The notes: generated by a model from the sequence alone, not told the origin. Positions 15,420 to 25,000 are shown, counted from the stretch's first letter. The stretch is 64,000 nt of DNA from Candidatus Delongbacteria bacterium (GCA_963663545.1 OY760505.1:2880001-2944000); one strand, 5' to 3'. Made by a program: numbers and translations.

Positions 15420-15833
15420 ATGCACGAAACAAATACCGTCCCGCCCTTTGAACTGACCATTCCCGTTTGTGACACAGACATCGATATGATGGGCCACGTC
15501 AACAATGTGGTCTACGTCCGTTGGATTCAGGACGTCGCCGTTGCCCACTGGCAAACGGCGGCCACAGCCGAGGAGCTGGCGAGTCTGCTCTGGGTTGTCG
15601 TGAGACACGAGATCGACTACCTGCGTCCCGCCTTCAAACAGGACGAGGTGCTGGCGCGCACCTGGGTGGGGCAGACCGACGGTAGAGCCTACGAACGCCA
15701 CACCGAGCTGCTGCGCAAGGCCGATGGCAAGCCCTTTGCCCGCGCCTTGACACGTTGGGTGCCCATCGATCCAGCCACCATGCGACCTACCGAAGTGCCG
15801 GAACACACGCGACGCAGGTTTTCTGTTGGATGA
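15420..15833 (+). CDS. Acyl-CoA thioesterase (4HBT/YbgC hotdog family)
   Basis: DIDMMGHVNNVVY motif. Confidence 0.9.
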   Translation: MHETNTVPPFELTIPVCDTDIDMMGHVNNVVYVRWIQDVAVAHWQTAATAEELASLLWVVVRHEIDYLRPAFKQDEVLARTWVGQTDGRAYERHTELLRKADGKPFARALTRWVPIDPATMRPTEVPEHTRRRFSVG

Positions 15834-15940
15834 GTTCATCGTGGAGGCAATTGCTGATCTCCTGAGCTGCATTTCACTGTGTCAGCTACGTTGAACTCCA
15901 TTAGATTGCCTGCCGCGTGAATTCGGTTCAAGGATCAGAG

Positions 15941-17320
15941 ATGCTCAATAACTCAACGCTCATCGGACCCGAAGGTGATCCTTCCTTTCAAGCATTGCTG
16001 CTGGAAGGATTGCCCTATCACCTTTGGGTATTGGGGGATGCCGAAACTTTGTTGTGGGGCAACCGGCTTCTCGCAGATTTCTTGGGCCTTGATGTTGCCG
16101 AGTTGGTACATCGTCCGCTTTCGGCGTTGTTTGCCTTTGAGGAGCACGACCTGCATCTCGAACTGAACCGTCAGGGCTTTGCAGGGTGCGCAACTGTTGA
16201 AAGCCGCGAGTGGTTTAGTTCGCCGGAACAGGGAGCACGCCTGCTTGCCATCAAACGCACTCCGCTTTGTGATACAAATGGTCGTGTGCAGAGCCTGCTT
16301 TGCACGGCCAGCGATATCACCGAAGAGCACCTGCTGCGCGAGCGTATACGCAAGCACGAAGCTAACTTCCGCGCCTTCATCGAGGCGCTGGAGGACATCG
16401 TGTTGATCGGCGATTTTGAGGGCCGCGTCGTCTTTGCCAACCAGGCGGCGGTGGACAAGCTGGGCTACAGTCGCGAGGAAATGCGAACGCATAACATCCT
16501 CGACTTCCATCCCGCTGCATCACGTGAAGAAGCCCAGGCAATTCTGAAAGATATTCTAGCCGGCAAACGTACCACCTGCCCCTTGCCCATTGTTACAAGA
16601 GAAGGACGAGTGATCTCTGTGGAGACCCGCGTAAATCTCGGACAGTGGGACGGCAAGCCCGTGTGCTTCGGTCTGATGAAGGATCTAAGCACGGAGCAGG
16701 AGTCGCTGCAGCGCTTCGACCGGCTGTTCCGTAGCAATCCCACACCGATGGTGCTAAGCAGTGTGCCCGACATGAGCATCTTGGACATCAACGAATCGCT
16801 GCTGAGCCTGTTGGGGTACACGGCTGAGGAGATGATCGGCAAAACGCCGCAAGAGCTGCGACTGATGGTGCATGAGGAACCCTTGATCGCGGCCGCCATG
16901 GAAGTGATACAAAAGGGCAGCGTTCATGACATTGAACTTGTGTTGCGCACCAAGGATGATCGCCATGTTGATAGCCTGTTCATGGCCGAGCTGGTCCAGA
17001 GCCAGAACGATAAGTACTTCCTGGCCGTGCTGGTGGACATCACGGAGCGTAAAGCCGCCGACCGCCGACGTGATACTCGCATCGAGGAGCTGAGCAGCGC
17101 TTTGGCAGAAGCGCACACCCTTAGCGGCATCCTGCCGATTTGCGCCTCCTGCAAGCGTGTACGCGACGAGCAGGGGCATTGGGAGCAGATTGACGCCTAC
17201 CTTGCCAAGCATAGCGATCTGCTTTTTTCACACGGACTTTGCCCGCTTTGCAGCGAGGCCTACACCGCCAAGCTGGAAGGCGATCTTGAGCTTCGCCGCA
17301 AGCGTTTCGGCACGCAGTGA
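15941..17320 (+). CDS. Multi-PAS protein with a C-terminal Cys/His domain
   Basis: Three PAS/PAC repeats (LGYSREEM, LGYTAEEMIGK, DITE); tail LPICASCK...SHGLCPLC. Confidence 0.85.
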   Translation: MLNNSTLIGPEGDPSFQALLLEGLPYHLWVLGDAETLLWGNRLLADFLGLDVAELVHRPLSALFAFEEHDLHLELNRQGFAGCATVESREWFSSPEQGARLLAIKRTPLCDTNGRVQSLLCTASDITEEHLLRERIRKHEANFRAFIEALEDIVLIGDFEGRVVFANQAAVDKLGYSREEMRTHNILDFHPAASREEAQAILKDILAGKRTTCPLPIVTREGRVISVETRVNLGQWDGKPVCFGLMKDLSTEQESLQRFDRLFRSNPTPMVLSSVPDMSILDINESLLSLLGYTAEEMIGKTPQELRLMVHEEPLIAAAMEVIQKGSVHDIELVLRTKDDRHVDSLFMAELVQSQNDKYFLAVLVDITERKAADRRRDTRIEELSSALAEAHTLSGILPICASCKRVRDEQGHWEQIDAYLAKHSDLLFSHGLCPLCSEAYTAKLEGDLELRRKRFGTQ

Positions 17321-17358
17321 CACAGGAAAAATAAGCTCTCTTTTTCCGCCTCAACCCG

Positions 17359-17388
17359 TTGATTCTTCTCTATTCTTTGGTACTTTTG
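17359..17388 (+). promoter_or_regulatory. Promoter of the SET/decarboxylase leader
   Basis: TTGATT-16 nt-TACTTT with an extended TG; also fits TAnnTTTG. Confidence 0.5.
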
Positions 17389-17399
17389 CGCCCCGATTA

Positions 17400-17570
17400 C
17401 GTGCGATTGCTTGTGCGTTCCGCCCCCGGAAGAAAGACCTGTCCGGAGGCATAAGGAAGGGTAGTACTGGCCGAAATGGTGCTTGATCCTTTTCTGCGCA
17501 TGGGCGTCCTTCGTCCATGGTTCAAATGGCAACCTGAACGGACGCCCACAGCAGCAGCCAAAATCGCACG
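17400..17570 (+). ncRNA. Candidate structured leader RNA or ncRNA (unclassified)
   Basis: Closing stem CGTGCGATT/AATCGCACG enclosing three hairpins. Confidence 0.45.
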
Positions 17571-17820
17571 CATGAGCGAAACTCCTGTGACACAGGGGCG
17601 TGCCCATCACAGATCCATCGTATCACATGTTTCCGTTTTCAGCGACTCGCTCTGGAGTTGTAGCGCATTGTATCACGACATCCAAAGGCTGTCGCCAATG
17701 TGTGCCGGAGCCGAGACCGTTCTCGCTACCCATTCCTGTTGACTTGCTCCCCGGCGGCGGTCCGTTCCGTGCGAACACCCGGGGGCCTTGTTGAATCGTC
17801 GAGTTTGGGAGGATAGGCTA

Positions 17821-18315
17821 ATGCTCTATCCCGGTGAGTTCGGAAGAGATCCGCTCTTCCCCCGGGCGGAGGACTTCTCCGTTATTTTCAAGGACGACAT
17901 GGTAGGACGCGGCGTGATTACTTATCGTGCCTGGCGTCGTGGCGAAGTAATGGCCCGCATGGCTGGCCACGTTGTACCCGAGATCCGTCAGCATACGCTG
18001 CAGATCAGTCCCACCCAGCATAACTACGACCCGTATTTTTCGGGTTACTTCCTTCATTCATGTTCTCCGAACATATCTCTGGATATGAAACGGATGCTCG
18101 TCACTGCCCTGGAGGATATTCCTGCAGGAGGCTTCCTTTACATGGACTACGCCGAGACCGAAGATTATCTCTTCAAGCAGTTCCCCTGCGATTGCGGTTC
18201 GCCCAATTGCCGTGGCTGGGTTGCCGGACGTCTGGAGTTGCCGCAGCACGAACAACGTGTGCCGCTGCCCCTCGTCGCCAACCTGGATCACTATCCCTTG
18301 AAGGCCGCACGATGA
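17821..18315 (+). CDS. SET-domain methyltransferase (BurB-like candidate)
   Basis: GRGV, HSCSPN, MDY and post-SET CDCGSPNCRG; GGAGG RBS. Confidence 0.85.
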   Translation: MLYPGEFGRDPLFPRAEDFSVIFKDDMVGRGVITYRAWRRGEVMARMAGHVVPEIRQHTLQISPTQHNYDPYFSGYFLHSCSPNISLDMKRMLVTALEDIPAGGFLYMDYAETEDYLFKQFPCDCGSPNCRGWVAGRLELPQHEQRVPLPLVANLDHYPLKAAR

Positions 18316-19526
18316 CCCACTCACACGCTACCGAATGGTGGACGCGTGAGGATTTGTGTTACAAGAACCAGGTGCTTCATTTCGCGGATCGCGACGTGGA
18401 GCACCTGGCTCGTCAATTGGGCACTCCCTCCTTCGTCTATTCGCTACCGCGCGTGTTACAAAACTTGCGTCGCATTCATGCTGCCCTTGATGCCGCAGGT
18501 TTTGCCGGCAGGCACAGCTTGTATTACGCCATCAAGGCCAATCGGTTCGCGCCCTTGGTTACTGCCTTAGCCCAGAGCGGGCAATGCGGAATTGATGCTT
18601 GTTCACCTGCAGAAGTGCGTCACGCTGTTTCGTGTGGATTCCGTGCCAACCAGGTTTCCTTTACAGCTACAAGCCTCAGCGCTGAGGATTTGGATCAGCT
18701 GGCGTGTCACAAGGGCTTGTTCATGGACTGTGATTCGTTGGCATGCATCCGTGCCTGGGGCAAGCGTGCACCAGGAACGAAAATCGGACTGCGCATTAAT
18801 CCGGCCGTTGGCGTTGGTCGTGGCGAAAACGAGTTGCTCCATTATTCGGGTGACACAACCACCAAGTTCGGCATTTACCGCGAGCAGTTTGCCGAGGCGC
18901 TAGCACTTGCGCAGCAGATGGATTTGCGTGTGACGAAAATCCACTTCCATACCGGCTGCGGCTATCTGACTCCACAGCTCAGCCAACTTGATCGCGTGAT
19001 ACAGACGACGCGGTGGTTCATCGACCAGGTGCCGGGACTGGAGCGCGTGAATATTGGTGGCGGGCTTGGCGTGCCGCATCTTCCCGGAGAAGAGAAGCTT
19101 GATCTGAAGCAGTGGGCGCAACTGCTACACCGTCACTTCGGTGATACCAATCTGCATCTGGAAGTTGAACCCGGAGACTACGTCATCAAGGATGCTGGGC
19201 TGTTGCTGGTTTCCGTGACACACGATGAAGTCAAGCGTGATACACGTTTTGTCGGAATCAACGCCGGTTTCAATCTGGCACCTGAGCCTGCGTATTACGG
19301 ACTTCCTTTCCAGCCCGTTTCCCTACACCAACAGACCACGACAACTCCGGCCACTCTTGTGGGCCATATCAACGAAGCACTGGATGTCTGGTATCGCGAT
19401 GCGCAACTTCCCTGCCTGCAAGAGGGACAGAGCTTGGCGCTGATCAATTCCGGTGCCTATTCCGCTGCCATGTCATCCAACCATTGTATGCGTGGTAGCT
19501 CTAACGAGGTTCTGTTGCTCGACTAG
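18312..19526 (+). CDS. PLP-dependent Orn/DAP/Arg-family decarboxylase with a divergent active site
   Basis: YAIKAN, GLRINP, TKFG, HFHTG, NIGGG, EPGD, GAY; ATGA overlap with the SET gene. Confidence 0.85.
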   Translation: MTHSHATEWWTREDLCYKNQVLHFADRDVEHLARQLGTPSFVYSLPRVLQNLRRIHAALDAAGFAGRHSLYYAIKANRFAPLVTALAQSGQCGIDACSPAEVRHAVSCGFRANQVSFTATSLSAEDLDQLACHKGLFMDCDSLACIRAWGKRAPGTKIGLRINPAVGVGRGENELLHYSGDTTTKFGIYREQFAEALALAQQMDLRVTKIHFHTGCGYLTPQLSQLDRVIQTTRWFIDQVPGLERVNIGGGLGVPHLPGEEKLDLKQWAQLLHRHFGDTNLHLEVEPGDYVIKDAGLLLVSVTHDEVKRDTRFVGINAGFNLAPEPAYYGLPFQPVSLHQQTTTTPATLVGHINEALDVWYRDAQLPCLQEGQSLALINSGAYSAAMSSNHCMRGSSNEVLLLD

Positions 19527-19555
19527 CCCCTTCTTTCAGCACAAACGAATAAGAT

Positions 19556-19589
19556 GAGCGCCTAATGGAATCAACCGTTGGGCGCTTTC
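19556..19589 (+). terminator. Terminator after the decarboxylase
   Basis: GAGCGCCTAATGG...CCGTTGGGCGCTT stem. Confidence 0.55.
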
Positions 19590-19698
19590 AGCATTTGTGG
19601 TGGTAATAAACCAATGTGGTCGAAGTGAAGCGAGCGCTAGATCGATGTAATTGATCGTAAATTGATAGGAAACAATTCAATACAGAAGAGCGAGGAAT

Positions 19699-19713
19699 TG
19701 GCACTCCCTTTGC
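19699..19713 (+). promoter_or_regulatory. sigma54 (-24/-12) promoter
   Basis: TGGCAC-TCCCT-TTGC about 40 nt before the next ATG, with AT-rich DNA upstream. Confidence 0.7.
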
Positions 19714-19752
19714 CCTAGTCTTGGCAGCAACAAAACGAGGAGTGACCCTATC

Positions 19753-20778
19753 ATGAAGAAGCTACTGCTTGGCGCCTTGGTGATTCCCTGCATTTGCATG
19801 GGACAGTTCGTGTACATGGGGCCCTACGATTCCAACGGAGTTCCCTTCTACCTCTCAGAGCCCGATCAGATCAGTAGTCAGCTACTGAGTGAGATCGGCC
19901 AGGCCTTGCCCAATGGCCGCAATGTTCCGGCTAATGCGCCTGAGTTGCTGGTTGAGGGCGCGGTGATCAACACCGTTGTCGCGGATACAGTGGATCTGTA
20001 CGTGACCTTTATCAATGAGGGTGCTGGCTACAAGAACACCCTGGGTTACTTCAGCTACCCGACGGACAACCCGCCGAACTCGGTAGATGACCTCGGTCCG
20101 CTGACTTACATTTTCCCCAATGCCTCCCGTACAAATTCAGGCGGTGGCTTGGATCCTGGTGACAAGGTTTTCCTGGGTACATTCATGCCTGGCGTTACCG
20201 TAGGCTACTTCTTGGTGGCGAACGGCTGGAACAGCACGTCTCAAGAGGTTATCCCCAGCGGACACTGGGTGCATTACAGTATTCCTGCGCTTAATGTCAA
20301 CGGTCTTCAGCAAAGCGTGCTGCTGCATCATGAGACGGCTGGTCTCGACATCCTGGGATTTGAGGACATCTCCCGCGCATCCGGTGGCGACCAGGATTTC
20401 GAGGATTGTCTCTTTTACGTGACGGCTTCACCGCCTGAGGCCATTGATAACGAGGGCGTGATCGATATCGAGACGGCGTGGATTGCCAATGAGGAGAGTG
20501 ACCAAACACAGCCAGAGAGCCTCGACTTGCTGCGTGCCTGGCCGAATCCTTTCAATCCGACAACCACCGTCAGCTTTACGCTGGATCAGACCCAGGACGT
20601 GCATGTTACGGTTCATGACATCACAGGCCGCGAAGTGGCGCTGCTGCAAAGCGGACTTGCCGAGTCGGGTGAGCATACGCTGACCTTCGATGCCGACGGA
20701 CTGCCTAGCGGTGTGTACCTGGTAGTGCTTGACTGCCAGCAGGGTCGTCAGGTCCAACGTGTGACGCTACTGCGCTAA
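19753..20778 (+). CDS. Secreted DUF4114-like protein with a C-terminal sorting domain
   Basis: Signal peptide; EGAGYKNTLGY, GFED...DQDFED; PNPFNPTT...SGVY tail. Confidence 0.75.
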   Translation: MKKLLLGALVIPCICMGQFVYMGPYDSNGVPFYLSEPDQISSQLLSEIGQALPNGRNVPANAPELLVEGAVINTVVADTVDLYVTFINEGAGYKNTLGYFSYPTDNPPNSVDDLGPLTYIFPNASRTNSGGGLDPGDKVFLGTFMPGVTVGYFLVANGWNSTSQEVIPSGHWVHYSIPALNVNGLQQSVLLHHETAGLDILGFEDISRASGGDQDFEDCLFYVTASPPEAIDNEGVIDIETAWIANEESDQTQPESLDLLRAWPNPFNPTTTVSFTLDQTQDVHVTVHDITGREVALLQSGLAESGEHTLTFDADGLPSGVYLVVLDCQQGRQVQRVTLLR

Positions 20779-20802
20779 GGTGCATCTACAGATACGAAAG
20801 CT

Positions 20803-20838
20803 GAGGCGGGTCGTGGGAGCCCGCCTCGCTTGCTTTTT
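20803..20838 (+). terminator. Intrinsic terminator
   Basis: GAGGCGGG...CCCGCCTC stem plus T-rich tail. Confidence 0.6.
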
Positions 20839-20921
20839 CCGGTCGCCGTCATTTCCAGTTCTGCACTTCTTGGCCAACCAGACGCAAATCCTTACTTTAC
20901 AGTTGTTAATCCGAGAGGTCG

Positions 20922-22052
20922 ATGGGAAAACAGGTTCAGCACGAGCTTCGCGAACGAGTCAAGGAGCTGCACGCCTTGCATCAAACTGCGCTCATTCTGC
21001 AGGATGATGCAGCAGAGCCGGAACAGCAGCTTCAGCGCATCGTCAATCTGCTTCCGGAGGCCTGGCAGTATCCGGAACTGACCGGCGCACGCATACAGTT
21101 GGATGGCCGAGAATTCTGCACAGCAGGTTTTCGTCGCGATGGCCCTTCGCTGGAGGCCGCTTTCCTTACGCGCAGCCGGGTTAAAGGCAGCATTGAGGTG
21201 CGCTACTCACAAGAGTGCCCGTTGGCAGACGAAGGCCCCTTTCTAGCTGAGGAGCGTGAGCTGATCAATTCGCTGGCGCAGATCCTTCGCAACTGGTATC
21301 AGCGGCGCGAGGCGGAGCGTGCACTGCAGGAGACCAACGAGCAGTTGGAGAACCAGGTTCGCGAGCGGACGCAGGATTTGCAGGATGCTAACCGGCAGCT
21401 GCGTCGTCTGGCAAGCGAGCTCAGCCTGACCGAGGCGCGCGAGCGGCGTGAGATTGCCAGCGATCTGCACGACCAGATCGGCCAGAGCCTGGCCCTGTTG
21501 CGTATTCGACTGGGTCAGTTGCGCGGAAACATGGTTTTTGGCGGCAGCGATCGCGACCTCGCCGAAATGCAGAAGCTGTTGGATCATACCATTCGTACTA
21601 CGCGTAATTTGACGATGGCCATCAGTCCGCCCGTGTTGTACGAGCTGGGGCTTGCCGCCGCTTGTGAGTGGCTGGCCGAATCCTTCAGTGCCAAGCACGC
21701 GATTCCTGTGCGCTGCCATCTTCGTGGAGGAGTGCGTCGGTTGCATGGCGTGCCCGAAGAACTTCAGGTTACGCTGTTCAAGGCAGCTCAGGAGTTGCTG
21801 GCCAACTGTCTCAAACACTCCGGCGCCACCAGCATTCGCATTCATCTGGAGTTTGCACACCAGCGGCTACTGCTTGAAGTGGCGGACAACGGCAAAGGCT
21901 TCGATCCACATGTGATACGTCGACAGGAAGGTTTCGGCCTTTTCAGTATTCGTACGCGGCTGCGCGATCTGGGCGGGGAGCTCGAAGTGGATAGCGCGCC
22001 GGGCGAAGGCTGCCGGGTCACCATGTGCGTGAACACGGGGGAAATGGCGTGA
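20922..22052 (+). CDS. Soluble sensor histidine kinase (HisKA_3/NarX type)
   Basis: ERREIASDLHDQIGQSL, DNGKGFD, GFGL, PGEG boxes. Confidence 0.92.
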   Translation: MGKQVQHELRERVKELHALHQTALILQDDAAEPEQQLQRIVNLLPEAWQYPELTGARIQLDGREFCTAGFRRDGPSLEAAFLTRSRVKGSIEVRYSQECPLADEGPFLAEERELINSLAQILRNWYQRREAERALQETNEQLENQVRERTQDLQDANRQLRRLASELSLTEARERREIASDLHDQIGQSLALLRIRLGQLRGNMVFGGSDRDLAEMQKLLDHTIRTTRNLTMAISPPVLYELGLAAACEWLAESFSAKHAIPVRCHLRGGVRRLHGVPEELQVTLFKAAQELLANCLKHSGATSIRIHLEFAHQRLLLEVADNGKGFDPHVIRRQEGFGLFSIRTRLRDLGGELEVDSAPGEGCRVTMCVNTGEMA

Positions 22053-22696
22053 TGCAGACGAGGCTCTTTCTGGCGGACGACCATCAGCTCTTCCGCGCTG
22101 GGTTACGTATGATGCTGGATCGCATGAGCGACGTGCAGGTGGTAGGTGAGGCCGACAATGGTCTCAGCGCGCTGGAAGGCATTCGAGAGCACAAACCAAC
22201 CTTGGCCCTGCTGGATATTTCCATGCCCGGGATGAACGGGATTGAACTGACACGACGGGTCAAGGAGGCCGATTGTAACACGCTGATCGTCATTCTCAGC
22301 ATGCACAGCGATCGTCATTTCGTGCTAGAGAGTCTTCGCGCCGGCGCCGACGGTTACTTGCTGAAGGATGCTGAGTTTGAGGAGCTGGTGCGAGTCATTC
22401 GCGAGGTGCTGGCTGGTCGCAAGGCAGTCTCTTCCGAGCTTTCCACCATGCTGGTGGATGAGGTGTTGAATCCCGGACAAGAGGAGGCCGGTGCCTGGCG
22501 AGTGCTTTCCGCTCGCGAGCGTCAGGTGTTGCAGCTCCTTGCCGAGGGCCGTAGCACGCGTGAGATCGCCGATACTCTGGCGGTCAGTGTGAAGACCATT
22601 GAATCTCACCGCAAACAGATTATGGACAAGCTCGGCTTACGCAGCGTGGCGGAACTGACGAAGTACGCTATACGTGAAGGGCTTACGCAACTCTAA
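22052..22696 (+). CDS. NarL/LuxR-family response regulator
   Basis: ADDH, LDISMPGMNG, LSARERQVL...SVKTIESHR. Confidence 0.95.
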   Translation: MQTRLFLADDHQLFRAGLRMMLDRMSDVQVVGEADNGLSALEGIREHKPTLALLDISMPGMNGIELTRRVKEADCNTLIVILSMHSDRHFVLESLRAGADGYLLKDAEFEELVRVIREVLAGRKAVSSELSTMLVDEVLNPGQEEAGAWRVLSARERQVLQLLAEGRSTREIADTLAVSVKTIESHRKQIMDKLGLRSVAELTKYAIREGLTQL

Positions 22697-22720
22697 TCGC
22701 TACCAAGTACTCAATACCGC

Positions 22721-23371
22721 ATGTTTAAGCTGAACATGATCGACGATTTTTCCCGCGGCGAGGAGCTGACAAACGCCATTCTGCACGGCGTCGGTTTTCT
22801 GCTGGCGGTGGCCACGCTGGTGCTGCTGCTGGTCTTCGCCAACATCTCCGGCACGGTCTGGCACGTGGTCGGCTTTTCCATTTTCGGCTCGATGCTCTGC
22901 CTGATGTACCTTTCCTCGACCCTGTTTCACGCCTTTCCCAAAGGGCGCGCCAAGGATTTCTTCGAGATCTGCGATCACGCCTCCATCTACCTGCTCATCG
23001 CTGGCAGCTATACACCGGTTACCTTCACCATTGTGCGCGGAAGTCTGGGCTGGAGCATGTTCGGCATCGTCTGGGGGCTGGCGCTGGTGGGCGTGATCTT
23101 CAAGGTCTTCTGGGTCAAGCGCTTCGTGTTCACCTCCACGATGATCTATGTGGTCATGGGTTGGCTGATCGTGATCGGCATTGTGCCCATTGTGCGCGGC
23201 ATGCCAACGATTTCGCTGATCTTCCTGGTGGCAGGCGGTCTGCTGTACACAGCGGGCACGGTCTTCTACATGTTCCGCCTCTTCAAGTATCACCACGCCC
23301 TCTGGCATTTCCTGGTATTGCTGGCCAGCAGTTGTCATTTCTTCACCATGCTCTTTCTGGTGATGGAATAA
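22721..23371 (+). CDS. Hemolysin III/PAQR-family membrane protein
   Basis: EELTNAILHG, SSTLFH, DHASIYLLIAGSYTP, HALWHFLV. Confidence 0.93.
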   Translation: MFKLNMIDDFSRGEELTNAILHGVGFLLAVATLVLLLVFANISGTVWHVVGFSIFGSMLCLMYLSSTLFHAFPKGRAKDFFEICDHASIYLLIAGSYTPVTFTIVRGSLGWSMFGIVWGLALVGVIFKVFWVKRFVFTSTMIYVVMGWLIVIGIVPIVRGMPTISLIFLVAGGLLYTAGTVFYMFRLFKYHHALWHFLVLLASSCHFFTMLFLVME

Positions 23372-23551
23372 TCGTCTGACCTCTTCGACCTACGTGTCCA
23401 ATTGTGAAGGCTTGCGTCGTCGAGCAGAATGTGAGACAATGAAGGCAACGCACTACTGAACAACCATCGGCTCAGACAGCCGAAGAAGCTGCGACGCTGA
23501 CCCGGAGCGATTTCTTGAGCATCGGCGATTCGTCATGAAGGGAAGGCGGAC

Positions 23552-24901
23552 ATGGACGCCGTGCGACAGCGGCAATCTGCTGAAGAGATGAATCCCACCG
23601 GACTGATTGTCCTGGCGCTGCTTTCAGTGTTTACAGGTGCGGTGATCGGACTGACCATCGGCTACTTCCGTCTGCTGTTGGAGTACGCGGAAAACGCCCG
23701 AAACACATTCATCGCTACGGCACATCGGTGGCCTTTTGGCGGAGCACCACTTGTCATTGCGCTGGTGGCCGGTGCGGTGGCGCTGGCTGCCTGGTTGGTT
23801 CAGCGCACGCGTCAACCCGCCGCAGGCAGCGGGATTCCACACGTCGAAGCCGTCATGGAAGGCAAACTGCCTGCCGCCTCGGTGCTGCTTTTCCCCGTGA
23901 AGTTCATCGGTGGTTTGCTGGCCATCGGCAGCGGACTCGCTCTTGGCCGTGAAGGGCCCAGTGTGCAGATTGGTGCAAATCTGGCCGCCTTCTGGGGCAG
24001 CCGCATTCATCTGCAGCGCGCGGACCGCCTGGCACTCATCGCCGCCGGTGCCGGTGCTGGCTTGGCCACCGCCTTCAATGCGCCCATCGCCGGTGCCGTT
24101 TTCGTGCTGGAAGAGCTGGTGCGCAAGTTCAATACTCGCAACACCATCGCGGCGCTGGGAGCTAGTTGTTCCGCCATTGCCGTTGCCTCGCTGATCATCG
24201 GTCGCCAGCCGGACTTTCAGGCGCACCTGCTGCCGCAACTCAGCGTCTGGACAGGGCCGATTTTCGGCTTGCTGGGCATTCTTGCGGGCCTGGGGGGCAT
24301 TGTCTACAACCGCCTTATCCTTAGCACTTGTGCGCTGATGGATGGCATGACGCGCGTACGTCCTGTGATACGTGCGCTCTGCATCGGTGCTTTGGTGGGA
24401 ACGCTCGCCTGGTTTGCCCCGCGTTTGGTGGGCGGTGGCGATTTCCTCACTCAGCAGGCACTGTCCGGACAGACGGAGTTGGCCGCGCTCAAGGCAATGT
24501 TGCTGATCCTTGCACTCCGTTTCCTGCTGGGGCCATTGTCCTACGCGGCGGGAACTCCCGGCGGACTGTTCGCACCCCTTCTGGTAATTGGCTCCTACCT
24601 GGGGCTGAGTTTCGGCCTGCTGTGCCAGAGCCTCATTGGCAATACCGTCGGTGCGCCAGTTGCCTATGCGGTAGTGGGCATGGCCGCCTTCTTCACAGCC
24701 ACGGTGCGCGCACCCCTTACCGGCATGGTGCTCATCGTCGAACTTACCGGCGTCAACAATCAACTGCTACCCATGCTCTGCGGTTGCTTCGCAGCTATGG
24801 CGGTTCCCACCCTTTTGGGCAGCGCGCCAATTTACGATTCGCTCAAGGTGCGAACTCTGCGCAAGGCAGAGGCGGACTCCCACTCTGGCAGTCTTCGATG
24901 A
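23552..24901 (+). CDS. clcA: ClC H+/Cl- exchange transporter
   Basis: GSGIP, GREGP, AFNAP, GGLFAP, IY motifs. Confidence 0.9.
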   Translation: MDAVRQRQSAEEMNPTGLIVLALLSVFTGAVIGLTIGYFRLLLEYAENARNTFIATAHRWPFGGAPLVIALVAGAVALAAWLVQRTRQPAAGSGIPHVEAVMEGKLPAASVLLFPVKFIGGLLAIGSGLALGREGPSVQIGANLAAFWGSRIHLQRADRLALIAAGAGAGLATAFNAPIAGAVFVLEELVRKFNTRNTIAALGASCSAIAVASLIIGRQPDFQAHLLPQLSVWTGPIFGLLGILAGLGGIVYNRLILSTCALMDGMTRVRPVIRALCIGALVGTLAWFAPRLVGGGDFLTQQALSGQTELAALKAMLLILALRFLLGPLSYAAGTPGGLFAPLLVIGSYLGLSFGLLCQSLIGNTVGAPVAYAVVGMAAFFTATVRAPLTGMVLIVELTGVNNQLLPMLCGCFAAMAVPTLLGSAPIYDSLKVRTLRKAEADSHSGSLR

Positions 24902-25000
24902 CTCGGCCTTGTGAGTCGAGGATCCTGCGTCGGCATGCCGCTATCAGCGCTTCGTCTGCTTGCGTCTGATCGGCTTTCTCCCTTAGACTCCGACTCGTGA

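Noticed and set aside
17400..17570. Canonical lysine or SAM-I riboswitch
   Set aside because: Only scattered sub-motifs in the wrong order; kept as an unclassified RNA candidate
18060..18311. N-terminal extension of the decarboxylase in the ORF track
   Set aside because: It overlaps the SET gene in another frame; the ATGA-coupled start at 18312 is more plausible
23350..23551. Fluoride riboswitch before the ClC gene
   Set aside because: GGTGATGG is only the end of the hlyIII CDS, the rest of the motif is missing, and the ClC has chloride-type GSGIP/GREGP
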